A stretch of DNA of 64,000 nucleotides from an uncultured Planctomycetales bacterium (GCA_964595465.1 CAZQQI010000006.1:655-64654); one strand, 5' to 3'. Positions 25,069 to 35,364 are shown, counted from the first letter of the stretch. Translations and numbers: made by a program. The notes: generated from the letters alone by a model not told the origin.

Positions 25069-27696
25069 TTAATGGATATGAGCAAGAACGTCTTGCAGAG
25101 CGCTGTGTTTTTTCTGCATGTCAGTGAGGCGGCCGCGGTCTTTTTCAATGACCTCCTGCGGCGCCTTGCCCAGGAAGGCTTCATTCTGCAGACGTTTTTC
25201 TACTGAAGCCATATTTTTCTTTAAGACCGCGAGGTCGTCTTCCATGCGGGCCCGCTCTTTTTTGATATCCACAATGTCGCCCAGTGGGATAAAAAATTTT
25301 ATGTCACGGACCACGCCGGCTGCGGCATTTTCAACAGCGTTGACGTCTTGAAGAGATAAAGAATCTATACGTGTCAGCGGCGAGATCATGTCCGCTGCGC
25401 TCTGGATCAGTTCTGTGGTTTTGGTGTTTTTTGATGTCAGGATGCATTCGATAGATTGCTGAGGCGGAATGTTCCATTGTGCTTTCAGATTCCTGACCGC
25501 CGTGACAAATTCCATAATGAGTGCCATGTGATCTTCCGCTTCTTCATCGATGAATTGCGTGTTTCCCTCCGGCCAAGTACAGCGTGAGAGACAGTCTGCC
25601 GAGAGAGCGAAATGCTGCCAGATTTCTTCAGTCACGAACGGCACGAACGGGTGCATCATGCGGATGGATTGTTCCAAGATCGCAAAGGTTGCTTTCTGAA
25701 CGTCTTGGTTATCCATTTTGGTCTTGATGATCTCCAGGTACCAGTCGCAGAATTCTCCCCAGAAGAAATCATAGATGAGGGATTCGGCTTCGGAATAACG
25801 GAACTGCTCGATCGCTTGTCCGACCCCGGACAAGGTCCGGGTAAAGCGGGAAACGATCCAGCGCGCAGCCAGGTCGGCGTTTTTCAGGTCGATGTCCCGG
25901 CTCAGATCATAATGGCGTTTTTCCACCGAGAGGTTCATCAGGACCAGGCGGCTGGCGTTCCAGATCTTATTTGCGAAATTACGGCCAATCTCGAATTTTT
26001 CTTTTGAAATATAGATGTCTTGTCCGGAATTCATTATCAGGCTGAAGCGCAGGGCGTCTGCTCCGTATTCATCGACGATCTCAAGTGGATCCAGGGCGTT
26101 GCCTAAAGATTTGGACATCTTGCGTCCCCGGGTATCGCGGACCGTGCCGTGGATGAGAACATCAGAAAATGGGATATCATCAAGGAACTCGATTCCGGCC
26201 ATGACCATGCGTGCGACCCAGAAAAATATAATTTCAGAAGCTGTGAACAATGAATCCGTGGGATAAAAATAATTCACATCCCGTGATTCCTCCGGCCAGC
26301 CAAATGTGGCGAACGGCCATAGCCAGGATGAAAACCAGGTGTCCAGAACATCTTCGTCCTGTCGGAGATCTTTGCTGCCGCATTCCGGGCATTCATCAGG
26401 GTCGTCCAGGCGGACGATGACCGCGTCGCAGTCCCGGCAGTACCAGACCGGGATACGGTGGCCCCACCAGATCTGCCGGGAGATACACCAGTCGCGAATA
26501 TTTTCCAGCCAGTTGCAGTAAACTTTGGCCCAGCGCTGAGGATGAAAACGTACTTTGCCTTCCTGCACAACACGCAGGGCCGGTTCTGCAAGAGGCGCCA
26601 TTTTTACGAACCACTGGCGGGATAAATAGGGTTCTATAACGGTGTGACAACGATAGCAGTGTCCGACAGCGTGGGTGTGTTCGTCCATGTGGTCCAGGAC
26701 CTTAAGCTGCTTGAGGACTTCGATGATAGCCTCCCTTGCCTCAAAACGGTCCATGCCGTTAAACTCGCTGCCGGCCTGTTCGTTTAAGCGGCCGTCAGCA
26801 TGCATGATATTAATCATGGGCAGGTTATGACGCTGTCCCATGGCAAAATCGTTGGGGTCATGCGCCGGGGTTACCTTGACCGCGCCGGAACCAAAGTCTG
26901 GATCAACAAAATCATCGGTAATAATTGGAATTTCCCGGTTAATGATCGGCAGGATCAGGGTCTTGCCGACCAGGGAGCGGTAGCGGTCATCGTCGGGGTG
27001 AACAGCAACCGCTGTGTCACCCAGCATGGTTTCGGGACGCGTCGTGGCGACCGTGAGGAATTGCTGGGGGTTATCTTTAAAAGGATAACGGATATGATAT
27101 AAAGCACCTTGGTGTTCTTGGTGTTCGGCTTCTTCATCGGAAAGAGCCGTTTGACAGCGCGGGCACCAGTTGATGATATATTTTCCACGGTAGATCAGCC
27201 CTTTTTTATAAAGGGCGACAAAAACGTGCCGGACGGCCCGGCTGTAATGATCGTCCATGGTGAACCGGGTGCGGTCCCAATCGCAGGACGCGCCGATGGT
27301 CTTCAGCTGGTTGATAATGGTGTCGCCGTATTGCTGTTTCCATGACCAGAGCCGCTCCAGCATTTTTTTCCGGCCGATGTCATGACGGGTCAGATTTTCT
27401 TTCGCCAATTGCTTTTCGACGACATTCTGCGTAGCGATACCGGCATGATCTGTCCCCGGCATCCAGCAGGTCTCAAAACCGCGCAGGCGCTTATATCGGA
27501 TCAGGATGTCCTGCAGGGTATCATTTAAAGCATGGCCCATGTGCAGGATCCCGGTCACGTTCGGCGGGGGGATCACAACGGCATACGGATCCTTGTCATC
27601 AGTTGGCTCGGCATGAAAGATGTGGTTGTCTTCCCAATACCGGCGCCATTTTTTTTCGACATTTCCAAAATTAAACCGGGTGGACATCTCCGGCAT
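25069..27696 (-). CDS. valS: Valine--tRNA ligase
   Basis: The class I HIGH motif is PNVTGILHMGHAL. KMSKS is present as KMSKSLGN. The 875-aa length and the C-terminal coiled-coil fit ValS. Confidence 0.95.
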   Translation of the reverse strand: MPEMSTRFNFGNVEKKWRRYWEDNHIFHAEPTDDKDPYAVVIPPPNVTGILHMGHALNDTLQDILIRYKRLRGFETCWMPGTDHAGIATQNVVEKQLAKENLTRHDIGRKKMLERLWSWKQQYGDTIINQLKTIGASCDWDRTRFTMDDHYSRAVRHVFVALYKKGLIYRGKYIINWCPRCQTALSDEEAEHQEHQGALYHIRYPFKDNPQQFLTVATTRPETMLGDTAVAVHPDDDRYRSLVGKTLILPIINREIPIITDDFVDPDFGSGAVKVTPAHDPNDFAMGQRHNLPMINIMHADGRLNEQAGSEFNGMDRFEAREAIIEVLKQLKVLDHMDEHTHAVGHCYRCHTVIEPYLSRQWFVKMAPLAEPALRVVQEGKVRFHPQRWAKVYCNWLENIRDWCISRQIWWGHRIPVWYCRDCDAVIVRLDDPDECPECGSKDLRQDEDVLDTWFSSWLWPFATFGWPEESRDVNYFYPTDSLFTASEIIFFWVARMVMAGIEFLDDIPFSDVLIHGTVRDTRGRKMSKSLGNALDPLEIVDEYGADALRFSLIMNSGQDIYISKEKFEIGRNFANKIWNASRLVLMNLSVEKRHYDLSRDIDLKNADLAARWIVSRFTRTLSGVGQAIEQFRYSEAESLIYDFFWGEFCDWYLEIIKTKMDNQDVQKATFAILEQSIRMMHPFVPFVTEEIWQHFALSADCLSRCTWPEGNTQFIDEEAEDHMALIMEFVTAVRNLKAQWNIPPQQSIECILTSKNTKTTELIQSAADMISPLTRIDSLSLQDVNAVENAAAGVVRDIKFFIPLGDIVDIKKERARMEDDLAVLKKNMASVEKRLQNEAFLGKAPQEVIEKDRGRLTDMQKKHSALQDVLAHIH

Positions 27697-27731
27697 AATA
27701 TTTCCTTTAGTTTAAGTGTGATTAAATATGA

Positions 27732-29330
27732 TCATGCTTTACTGTCTTTGAGAAGCTTGTATTCGATGCTATCGATCAGGGCTTCCCAGCTGGCCTGAAT
27801 GATGTTTTCATGCACCCCGACCGTGATCCAGGAATCACTGGCATCCTGCGATTCGATCAGAACCCGAACCCGAGCGGCCGTGCCTTCATTGGTATCAAGA
27901 ACACGGACCTTATAGTCGGTCAGGTGCATATCTGCCAGGTTCGGATAAAATGTGTTCAGGGCCTGACGCAGGGCTTTGTCCAGAGCGTCAACCGGCCCAT
28001 TGCCTTCGGCGGCGCTGAATTGTTCTTTTCCATCGACTTTGAGCCGCATGGAGGCTTCGGCAAAGATCCTGCCGTCAAAGCGCTTTTCGGTAAAGGATTT
28101 GAATCCCTCTAGCTCAAAAAACGGTTTATAGCGCTTCAGATGGCGTTTCATAAATAATTCAAAAGACGCGTCCGCCGCTTCAAACTGGTATCCGCTGTGT
28201 TCTTTGGCCTGAAGGTCCTTTAGAAGGCGTTTGGCCTGCGCAGACTTTTTATCGATCTTGATGTTCATTTGCTGGGCCTTCATGACGATCGGCATTTTAC
28301 CGGCCAGTTCCGATGTCACAAAGCGGCGGTGATTTCCTATCGTTTCAGGATCTAAGTGTTCATAGGCGAGAGGATTTTTGATCATGGCATCGATGTGCAC
28401 GCCTCCCTTGTGCGAAAATGCGGAATGGCCGACAAAGGGATGATTGTCGCTGAGTTTGATGTTGCTGACTTCGCTTAAAAAATATGAAGCTTCGGTCAGC
28501 TTCTTAAGATGTTTTTGCGGAATGGCGCGCATCCCCATTTTGGTGTGCAGGATACCGATGACAGTGCTCAGATCAGCGTTCCCGCACCGTTCGCCCAGAC
28601 CGTTGAATGTTCCCTGAACCTGGATGCAGCCTTCCTGGACCGCGGCAATACTGTTGGCCACGGCCAGATCGAGATCATTATGGCAGTGAATCCCTAAAGC
28701 CGCGTCGATATGAGCGCGGACTTCTCCTATGATTCGGCGGACCTCATCCGGGAGTGTGCCTCCGTTTGTGTCGCAGAGAATGATCGTTTTGGCTCCGGCA
28801 TTCTGGGCGGCGGTTAAAGTTTTCAGGGCGTATGTCGGATTGGCTTTATATCCGTCGAAAAAGTGTTCCGCGTCGTAAAATACTTCGCGTTTGTGTTTTT
28901 TCAGGTACTTGACCGAATCCGTGATCATGGCCAGATTTTCATCGAGTGTGGTCCGGATCACGTCAGTGATATGCAGATCCCAGGACTTGCCGAAGATGGT
29001 GATCGTCGGCGCTTTTGAACGGATGAGCTCTTTCAGATTGGTATCCTGTGATGCCTTCACCTTTGCGCGGCGGGTGGAACCGAAGGCCGTGATACGCGCG
29101 TGCTTCCAGCGGATCTCCTGCGCCTGTTGGAAAAAGGCCTTATCTTTAGGGTTGGATCCGGGCCAGCCCCCTTCAATATACTGCACTCCAAGCGCATCCA
29201 GTTTGCGGGCGATTTTGATTTTGTCGTTGACCAGAAAGGAAATGCCTTCAGTTTGTGCCCCGTCGCGCAGGGTTGTGTCATATATGGTGATGTTTTTGGC
29301 GGACATATGCGTGTCCTTTCCCCGTTGCAA
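27732..29330 (-). CDS. 2-isopropylmalate synthase/(R)-citramalate synthase family (LeuA/CimA)
   Basis: It has the HMGL-like TIM-barrel N-terminus YDTTLRDGAQ, HCHND and a C-terminal LeuA dimerisation-like domain. An alternative start is MSAKNI at 29306. The sequence cannot distinguish CimA from LeuA. Confidence 0.8.
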   Translation of the reverse strand: MQRGKDTHMSAKNITIYDTTLRDGAQTEGISFLVNDKIKIARKLDALGVQYIEGGWPGSNPKDKAFFQQAQEIRWKHARITAFGSTRRAKVKASQDTNLKELIRSKAPTITIFGKSWDLHITDVIRTTLDENLAMITDSVKYLKKHKREVFYDAEHFFDGYKANPTYALKTLTAAQNAGAKTIILCDTNGGTLPDEVRRIIGEVRAHIDAALGIHCHNDLDLAVANSIAAVQEGCIQVQGTFNGLGERCGNADLSTVIGILHTKMGMRAIPQKHLKKLTEASYFLSEVSNIKLSDNHPFVGHSAFSHKGGVHIDAMIKNPLAYEHLDPETIGNHRRFVTSELAGKMPIVMKAQQMNIKIDKKSAQAKRLLKDLQAKEHSGYQFEAADASFELFMKRHLKRYKPFFELEGFKSFTEKRFDGRIFAEASMRLKVDGKEQFSAAEGNGPVDALDKALRQALNTFYPNLADMHLTDYKVRVLDTNEGTAARVRVLIESQDASDSWITVGVHENIIQASWEALIDSIEYKLLKDSKA

Positions 29331-29342
29331 ATTTCGGGATAT

Positions 29343-30569
29343 TTAACGTGTTTTATTCAGTTTAAAAGCCGTATGCAGCGCCTTGACGGCCTGATTGGTC
29401 ATTTTGGCATCGATTAAGCAGGAAATACTGATTTCCGAAGTCGAGATCATCTCGATATTGATTTTATTTTTCGCCAGAGTCTTGAACATCAGCGCGGCGA
29501 TCCCCTGGTGAGAACGCATTCCTGAACCGATGATTGAGATACGGGCGACATTTTTTTTCGATGTCACCTTGCCGGCCTTGATCTTTTTGGATACAGCCTC
29601 AGCAGACTGCAGTGTTTTCTCCAGGTCTTTTTTGGGAACCGTGAAGGAAATATCCGTCAAGCGGGTGTGTGAGACATTCTGGACGATCATGTCGACATTG
29701 ACGCTGGATTTTGAGATCTCGTTAAAGATCCTGGCTGCAACACCGGGTGTGTCCGGTACGGCGTTAATGGTGATCTTGGCTTCGGATTTATTACATGTTA
29801 CGCCGCGGACGGCGATCTCTTCGAGTTTTCCACTGTCTTGGACGATCATGGTTCCCTCCTCTTTGCAAAAGCTCGACCGCACATGGATCGGGATATTAAA
29901 ACGTTTGGCGACTTCGATGGACCGGGCCTGCATGACCTGGGCGCCTAATGAGGCCATTTCCAGCATTTCTTCAAAAGTAATGGTGTTCAGTTTCTTGGCG
30001 CGGGAAACGATCCGCGGATCGGTGGTATAGATCCCCTTCACATCGGTAAAGATTTCACAAACCTTGGCCTTGAGGGTCTTGGCCAGGGCTACGGCGGTCA
30101 GGTCAGATCCTCCCCGGCCTAGAGTGGTAATATCATTCTCGTCGGTAACACCCTGGAATCCCGCTACGATCACGATCTGGTTTTTACGGAACGCCGCACG
30201 GATCCTGCGGGCGTCGATGGTCTCGATGCGCGCGTTGGTATGGGCCCGGGACGTGCGGATACCAACCTGTCCTCCCGTCAGAGAGACAGCGTCATGTCCC
30301 ATGGTTTTAAGGCACATGGCCAAAAGTGCGCACGAGATCTGCTCGCCGGTCGACATAAGCATATCCATTTCCCGGTGCGGCGGTGTGGGATTGATCTCGA
30401 AGGCCATTTTTTCGAGTTCGTCTGTTGAGTCACCCAGCGCTGAGACCACAACGGCCACGTTGTTCCGGGACGTTTTCGTCTCCAGAACTCTCTTGGCCAC
30501 GGCTTTGACGCGGTCGATGTTGGCGACAGACGACCCGCCGAATTTTTGTACAATGACTGGTCTGGTCAA
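29343..30569 (-). CDS. lysC: Aspartate kinase
   Basis: The N-terminus is VQKFGGSSV. The amino-acid kinase fold carries tandem ACT domains. Length is 408 aa. Confidence 0.9.
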   Translation of the reverse strand: MTRPVIVQKFGGSSVANIDRVKAVAKRVLETKTSRNNVAVVVSALGDSTDELEKMAFEINPTPPHREMDMLMSTGEQISCALLAMCLKTMGHDAVSLTGGQVGIRTSRAHTNARIETIDARRIRAAFRKNQIVIVAGFQGVTDENDITTLGRGGSDLTAVALAKTLKAKVCEIFTDVKGIYTTDPRIVSRAKKLNTITFEEMLEMASLGAQVMQARSIEVAKRFNIPIHVRSSFCKEEGTMIVQDSGKLEEIAVRGVTCNKSEAKITINAVPDTPGVAARIFNEISKSSVNVDMIVQNVSHTRLTDISFTVPKKDLEKTLQSAEAVSKKIKAGKVTSKKNVARISIIGSGMRSHQGIAALMFKTLAKNKINIEMISTSEISISCLIDAKMTNQAVKALHTAFKLNKTR

Positions 30570-30584
30570 AATGAAAACCCTTTC

Positions 30585-31787
30585 TTATAAATACGGATTC
30601 GTAAAATATGTCATAAGTTCTTCCCCGCTGCGGAAAAGAATTCCCGGGGTCTTGGCCGAACGTTCATTATATTCAAAAGATCCGTCGCTGGCAACCCCTT
30701 TTCCGTAGATCACGAATGGGACCGGATCGGCAGTATGGGTGCGCAGGGAGATGGGTGTCGGATGATCCGGCAGGACCATTATGCGGAAATCCGCGTGACC
30801 GCTGAAATGGTTCAGAAACGTGCCCACGATTTCTCGATCGATTTTTTCGATGCAGGACATCTTCGCCTCAAGATCGCCGTTATGACCGGCTTCGTCAGGG
30901 GCCTCGATATGGACGTAGACAAAATCGTTTTGTCTGAGGCAGTCGATGGCGTAATCCGCTTTGCCCCGGTAATTGGTGTCATAGTACCCTGTTATGCCCG
31001 GAACATCTATGACGTTCAGTCCGATCAGACGGCCGATTCCGTTAATGAGATCTACCGCGGAAATGATACCGCCGTCCAGGCCGTATTTTTCTTTGAAAAG
31101 CGGCAGGTTCGGCCGCGTTCCCTGTCCCCATAACCAGATCGCGTTAGCAGGGTTCTCCCCCAGATCAAGACGGACCCGATTGACCTCATGTTCCGCCAGG
31201 ATTTTTTCAGCGCGTTCCATGATCTTCAGCAGGGTCAGGGCCGGTTTACTTTTGGGTAAATGGGGTTCATATTTTTTATCCAGGATATCGTGAGGCGGAG
31301 TGCAGGCGATCTCAGCGAATTCCCTGGGATTACGGACTTTGAGGATCAGTAGGTGACGGTAGCTTTTCCCGGGATAGAAACGGATTCCCTCCTCCTGTAT
31401 TTCGTCATTCAAGGCGGCGATTAGTTTTTCCGCCTCCTCTGTCCCGATATGCCCGGCGCTGTAGTCTTTCATTTCTCCATGGTCGAGGGTAACCAGATTA
31501 CAGCGGAACGCGATTTCATCATCAGCCAGCTGGATACCCGAGTTTGCCGCTTCCAGAGGCGCACGACCGGTGAAGCAGGACTCAGGCCGGTATCCCAGCA
31601 GAGACAGGTTTCCGATTTCCGAACCCGGATGCATACCCTTGGGAATGGTTGGGACCAGGCCCTGCATGCCGTTTTGGGCCATATGGTCCATGTTGGTTGT
31701 GCGCGCGGCTTCGAGCGGCGTCCGCCCGCCCAGGTCCGGTATGGGCTGATCCGCCATGCCGTCTGGAACGATGATCGCGTATTTCAT
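30585..31787 (-). CDS. Cofactor-independent phosphoglycerate mutase, archaeal ApgM-type homolog; in this context the 'proposed homoserine kinase'
   Basis: ApgM/metalloenzyme superfamily motifs are present (IIVPDGMAD, HIEAPDEAGHNGD, VLPDHPTP). It sits between lysC and thrC/hom, and no canonical thrB is visible. Confidence 0.65.
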   Translation of the reverse strand: MKYAIIVPDGMADQPIPDLGGRTPLEAARTTNMDHMAQNGMQGLVPTIPKGMHPGSEIGNLSLLGYRPESCFTGRAPLEAANSGIQLADDEIAFRCNLVTLDHGEMKDYSAGHIGTEEAEKLIAALNDEIQEEGIRFYPGKSYRHLLILKVRNPREFAEIACTPPHDILDKKYEPHLPKSKPALTLLKIMERAEKILAEHEVNRVRLDLGENPANAIWLWGQGTRPNLPLFKEKYGLDGGIISAVDLINGIGRLIGLNVIDVPGITGYYDTNYRGKADYAIDCLRQNDFVYVHIEAPDEAGHNGDLEAKMSCIEKIDREIVGTFLNHFSGHADFRIMVLPDHPTPISLRTHTADPVPFVIYGKGVASDGSFEYNERSAKTPGILFRSGEELMTYFTNPYL

Positions 31788-31818
31788 GGATGAACACTCC
31801 TTACAATGTATCGTAAAT

Positions 31819-32469
31819 TCATTTTTGTTTGTTTATTTTGGTCGTTAGTATATTTGTCAGCTTACGGGCAATGGTCTTTCGCTGCCGGGCGCTGTCGAGA
31901 ATTTTTCCGTTATGATCAACGAGGATGCCGTAGTATCCGTTTTTCAATGAATTGGCCAGGACCAAGTCGCAGCGGCCTTTTTGGAGTAATTCTCCGGCCG
32001 CCTGTTTAAGACGGCGGTCTTGGCGGGTCGATTCCAGTTTGAATCCTACCAAAATGCAGTCAGGGGCCAGACGTTTAACATTGCGGATGAGCTTGGGTGT
32101 CGGCACCAGTTTTATCTGCCATGATTTTCTGGATGAAGAGATCTTGACGGAACTTTTCTTTTGCGGGCGGTAATCTGAAACGGCTGCAGCGTGGATGACA
32201 ATGTCCGGCTTAGCGGATAACGTGGTTTGCAAAAGAGCGTCCAGTTCATCATAGAATTGGTAGTTTATGACCTTCAGGCCGGCAGACGGTGTTAATGGAG
32301 CCGTGATCGGCCCCTGTAGAACCGTGACCCGTGCTCCCTTTGAGAGGAGTTCGGCCGTAATCAATTTTCCCATGGCGCCGGAGGAACGGTTGCTGATCAC
32401 GCGGGTATCGTCAATCGGCACCCATGTCGGGCCGTAGGTTATCAGTATATTTTTGTGGTTTAAGGACAT
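31819..32469 (-). CDS. Phosphopantothenate--cysteine ligase domain protein (standalone CoaB, DFP family)
   Basis: It has …SSGAMG… and …DIVIHAAAVSDYRP…, typical of the CoaB half of CoaBC. No CoaC flavoprotein domain is attached. Confidence 0.6.
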   Translation of the reverse strand: MSLNHKNILITYGPTWVPIDDTRVISNRSSGAMGKLITAELLSKGARVTVLQGPITAPLTPSAGLKVINYQFYDELDALLQTTLSAKPDIVIHAAAVSDYRPQKKSSVKISSSRKSWQIKLVPTPKLIRNVKRLAPDCILVGFKLESTRQDRRLKQAAGELLQKGRCDLVLANSLKNGYYGILVDHNGKILDSARQRKTIARKLTNILTTKINKQK

Positions 32470-32493
32470 TCGTCTCCTGAACAGGTGGTTTCT

Positions 32494-33555
32494 TTACGAG
32501 AGGCCGATGGTTTTTAGGACGGTCTCGCGGTCAGGATCGACAATGATAGGCTGATCAACGGAGCTGATCGCGGTATTAGGATCTTTCAGGCCGTGTCCGG
32601 TTAATGTGCAGACAACGCGGCAGCCCTGAGCGTTTTTAAAATATCCGTGTTCAGCGTATTTCAGCAGTCCGGCGACTGAGGCGGCTGACGCAGGTTCAGC
32701 AAAAATTCCGCTTTTCCCTGCCAGCAGGGTATAGGCGTTAAGGATGTCTTCATCCGTGACCATGTCGATCAGCCCTTGCGAATCACGGGCCGCGTTTTCT
32801 GCTTGTTTCCAGGATGCCGGGTTGCCGATACGGATAGCGGTGGCGATCGTTTCCGGTTTTTCGATCGGATGGCCGTGAACGATAGGAGCCGCACCTGCTG
32901 CCTGAAATCCCAGCATTTTAGGAAGCTGCTTCGCGTGTCCGGCACTCTGATATTCCCGGTATCCTTTCCAATAGGCCGTAATATTACCGGCATTCCCGAC
33001 AGGGATGCAGTGAAATTCCGGAGTATCACCGAGCACGTCACAGATCTCGAAGGCGGCGGATTTTTGTCCTTCGATCCGGAACGGGTTAATCGAATTGACC
33101 AGCTCGACCGGATAATTGTCCGTTATATCACGGACAAGGCGCAGTGCGTCATCAAAGTTTCCACGGATCTGAATGACCTGGGCCTGATGGATCATGGCCT
33201 GAGCGAGCTTCCCCAGGGCGATCTTCCCTTCCGGGATCAATACAACGCATTTCATTGTCCCGCTTTTGACTGCATACGCAGACGCTGAAGCCGACGTGTT
33301 CCCGGTCGAAGCGCACATTACGATCCTGGCGCCCTGCTCTTTGGCCTTGGTGATCGCCATGGTCATCCCCCGGTCCTTAAAAGATCCGGTGGGGTTTAAT
33401 CCGTCGTATTTCAGGTAAACCTTTAGACCGGTACGCGCCGAGAGGTCTTCCGAATGGATCAGCGGTGTGTTGCCTTCCAGCAGGGAGACAATGGGTGTGC
33501 TCTCATCTACGGGCAGAAATTCCCGGTATTGTTCAATAATGCCTTTCCAGTTCAC
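32494..33555 (-). CDS. thrC: Threonine synthase
   Basis: The PLP-lysine motif is GSFKDRGM. Length is 353 aa. It lies adjacent to hom. Confidence 0.9.
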   Translation of the reverse strand: MNWKGIIEQYREFLPVDESTPIVSLLEGNTPLIHSEDLSARTGLKVYLKYDGLNPTGSFKDRGMTMAITKAKEQGARIVMCASTGNTSASASAYAVKSGTMKCVVLIPEGKIALGKLAQAMIHQAQVIQIRGNFDDALRLVRDITDNYPVELVNSINPFRIEGQKSAAFEICDVLGDTPEFHCIPVGNAGNITAYWKGYREYQSAGHAKQLPKMLGFQAAGAAPIVHGHPIEKPETIATAIRIGNPASWKQAENAARDSQGLIDMVTDEDILNAYTLLAGKSGIFAEPASAASVAGLLKYAEHGYFKNAQGCRVVCTLTGHGLKDPNTAISSVDQPIIVDPDRETVLKTIGLS

Positions 33556-33581
33556 GGCATGCTCCTTAGATATTTGCAGGG

Positions 33582-34907
33582 TCAGGTTAGATTTTCGATG
33601 CGGATCGCGACAGGCCGTTTTTTGACTACCGGAAGTTTGTGGATCCTGTCGAGGGCCTGGCGGACCTTTTTTTCCGTGGCCGTTTCGGTCAGCATGACAA
33701 CAGGTATGGCTCCGGAAGTGCCCTGAGCTTTTTGGGAGACGGAGCTGATACTGATCCCGTATCTGGCAAGAATGCCTGAAATTTTGGATAGGACGCCTGG
33801 TTTATCTTCAGCCATGATCCTCAGATAAAATTTGGTTGAGATCGAATCGATCTTTTTTTGGATGCGGTCAGGGGCTTCGTGATAAAAATTTCCGATATAA
33901 TTTTGCGGGTCGCCGTCGTGACGGCTGATTAAATTGATCAGGTCGCTCATCACACCGGAAGCGGCGGCGTATTGCCCCGCCCCTTCCCCGGATAATAAAA
34001 TTTCTCCCAAGGGATCAGCCTCCAGCAAGGCAGCGTTCAGGACGCCGTTGATTGCCGCTAAAGGATGGTCCTGCTGGATCAGGGTCGGGTGGACCCGGGC
34101 CTCAATGCCATCAGGCGCGTTTTTGGCAATAGCAAGCAGTTTGATCGTCAGGCCGAGCTCTTCGGCGAATTGGATATCTTGATGAGAGATATGAGTGATC
34201 CCTTCTGTATGAATGGATTTCGGCGTGACAAATTTTCCGAAAGCCAGATAGGTCAGGATGGCCAATTTGTACGCGGCGTCCATGCCGTTTATGTCCAGGG
34301 TGGGGTCGGTTTCCGCGAACCCGTTGGCCTGTGCCTTTTTGACAGCGTTCTCAAAAGAGAGATTGTTGGAAGACATCTCAGACAGCACATAGTTGCAGGT
34401 CCCATTGATGATACCGTAGACAGCATGGATGTCATTGCCGGCCAGTCCTTCGGTCAGGGTCTTGATCAGCGGCACCCCGGCCAGGACCGATGTTTCAAAA
34501 TAAATATTGCGCTGATATTTTTCCGCGGCTTTAAACAGGGTTTTGCCGTATTGCGCGATCAATGCTTTATTGGCGGTTATGACATGTTTGCCGTTTTTCA
34601 GCGCCTGAAGAACAAATTCTTTGGCTGGATGCAGTCCGCCGATCAGTTCTATGATGACGGCGGTGTCCGGGTCTTCCAGCAGTTTGCGGGCGTCTGAGGT
34701 CAGGATGGTTTTTTTGCCCAGCCCTCTTGGCTTCTTTTTTCTGAATTGAAGATCGCAGATCCCCCGGACGTTGACCTGAATATGGTACTTGTCCTGCAGA
34801 AGGGCGCGTTTCTTTTTCAGGAGTTTGACAACACCTTGTCCGACATTGCCGTAACCGATTAATCCGACGTTGACATCAATCATCATGGTGTTCACTTTCA
34901 TGTTCAA
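33582..34907 (-). CDS. hom: Homoserine dehydrogenase with C-terminal ACT domain
   Basis: The NAD-binding motif is LIGYGNVGQGV, and the C-terminal ACT domain is present. The true start is possibly an internal Met at 34883 or 34886. Confidence 0.9.
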   Translation of the reverse strand: MNMKVNTMMIDVNVGLIGYGNVGQGVVKLLKKKRALLQDKYHIQVNVRGICDLQFRKKKPRGLGKKTILTSDARKLLEDPDTAVIIELIGGLHPAKEFVLQALKNGKHVITANKALIAQYGKTLFKAAEKYQRNIYFETSVLAGVPLIKTLTEGLAGNDIHAVYGIINGTCNYVLSEMSSNNLSFENAVKKAQANGFAETDPTLDINGMDAAYKLAILTYLAFGKFVTPKSIHTEGITHISHQDIQFAEELGLTIKLLAIAKNAPDGIEARVHPTLIQQDHPLAAINGVLNAALLEADPLGEILLSGEGAGQYAAASGVMSDLINLISRHDGDPQNYIGNFYHEAPDRIQKKIDSISTKFYLRIMAEDKPGVLSKISGILARYGISISSVSQKAQGTSGAIPVVMLTETATEKKVRQALDRIHKLPVVKKRPVAIRIENLT

Positions 34908-35250
34908 AAAATTCGATCGCTTGTTTTAAGATTTCTTCTGTTTGAGGGTTGACCTGATCAAACTGAAACCGGGTTAGAAAGATAATCCCCGGGATCTTTT
35001 CCTGGGATTCGAGGACAGTGCCTGTCAACTCTGTCAGCTGAGAACAGAACGGGGTCTTGAGCTCAATCCCCATACGCGTTCCCGGTGGAAAGGGTCTTTC
35101 TGTCACGAAGCAAATGCCTCCCAGGCTGATATTGCGCAGCTGGGATGCGGAATACGTAACATCCGGCTGGTTCAGATCATGATATTTTAGGATAAAGTGT
35201 TTTTCGATCCGTTTATGCTGACGCCGTTCAGGGGTGTTCTGTTCGTCCAT
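34876..35250 (-). CDS. PilZ domain protein (c-di-GMP binding candidate)
   Basis: RRQHKRIE matches the PilZ RxxxR. NISLGGICF matches the D/NxSxGG motif. Confidence 0.6.
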   Translation of the reverse strand: MDEQNTPERRQHKRIEKHFILKYHDLNQPDVTYSASQLRNISLGGICFVTERPFPPGTRMGIELKTPFCSQLTELTGTVLESQEKIPGIIFLTRFQFDQVNPQTEEILKQAIEFFEHESEHHDD

Positions 35251-35287
35251 GCTCTGCTCCCTTCGCTGTCAGGCCGGTAGGAAAAAA

Positions 35288-35364
35288 TGGTCGGAGCGGA
35301 CGGATTTGAACCGTCGACCCCTAGTACCCCATACTAGTGCGCTAGCCAGCTGCGCTACGCTCCG
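35288..35364 (-). tRNA. tRNA-Pro (anticodon GGG), CCA encoded
   Basis: It folds as a cloverleaf: acceptor CGGAGCG/CGCTCCG, anticodon stem CTAGT/ACTAG with loop ATGGGGT, T-arm GACGG-TTCAAAT-CCGTC. Confidence 0.85.
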
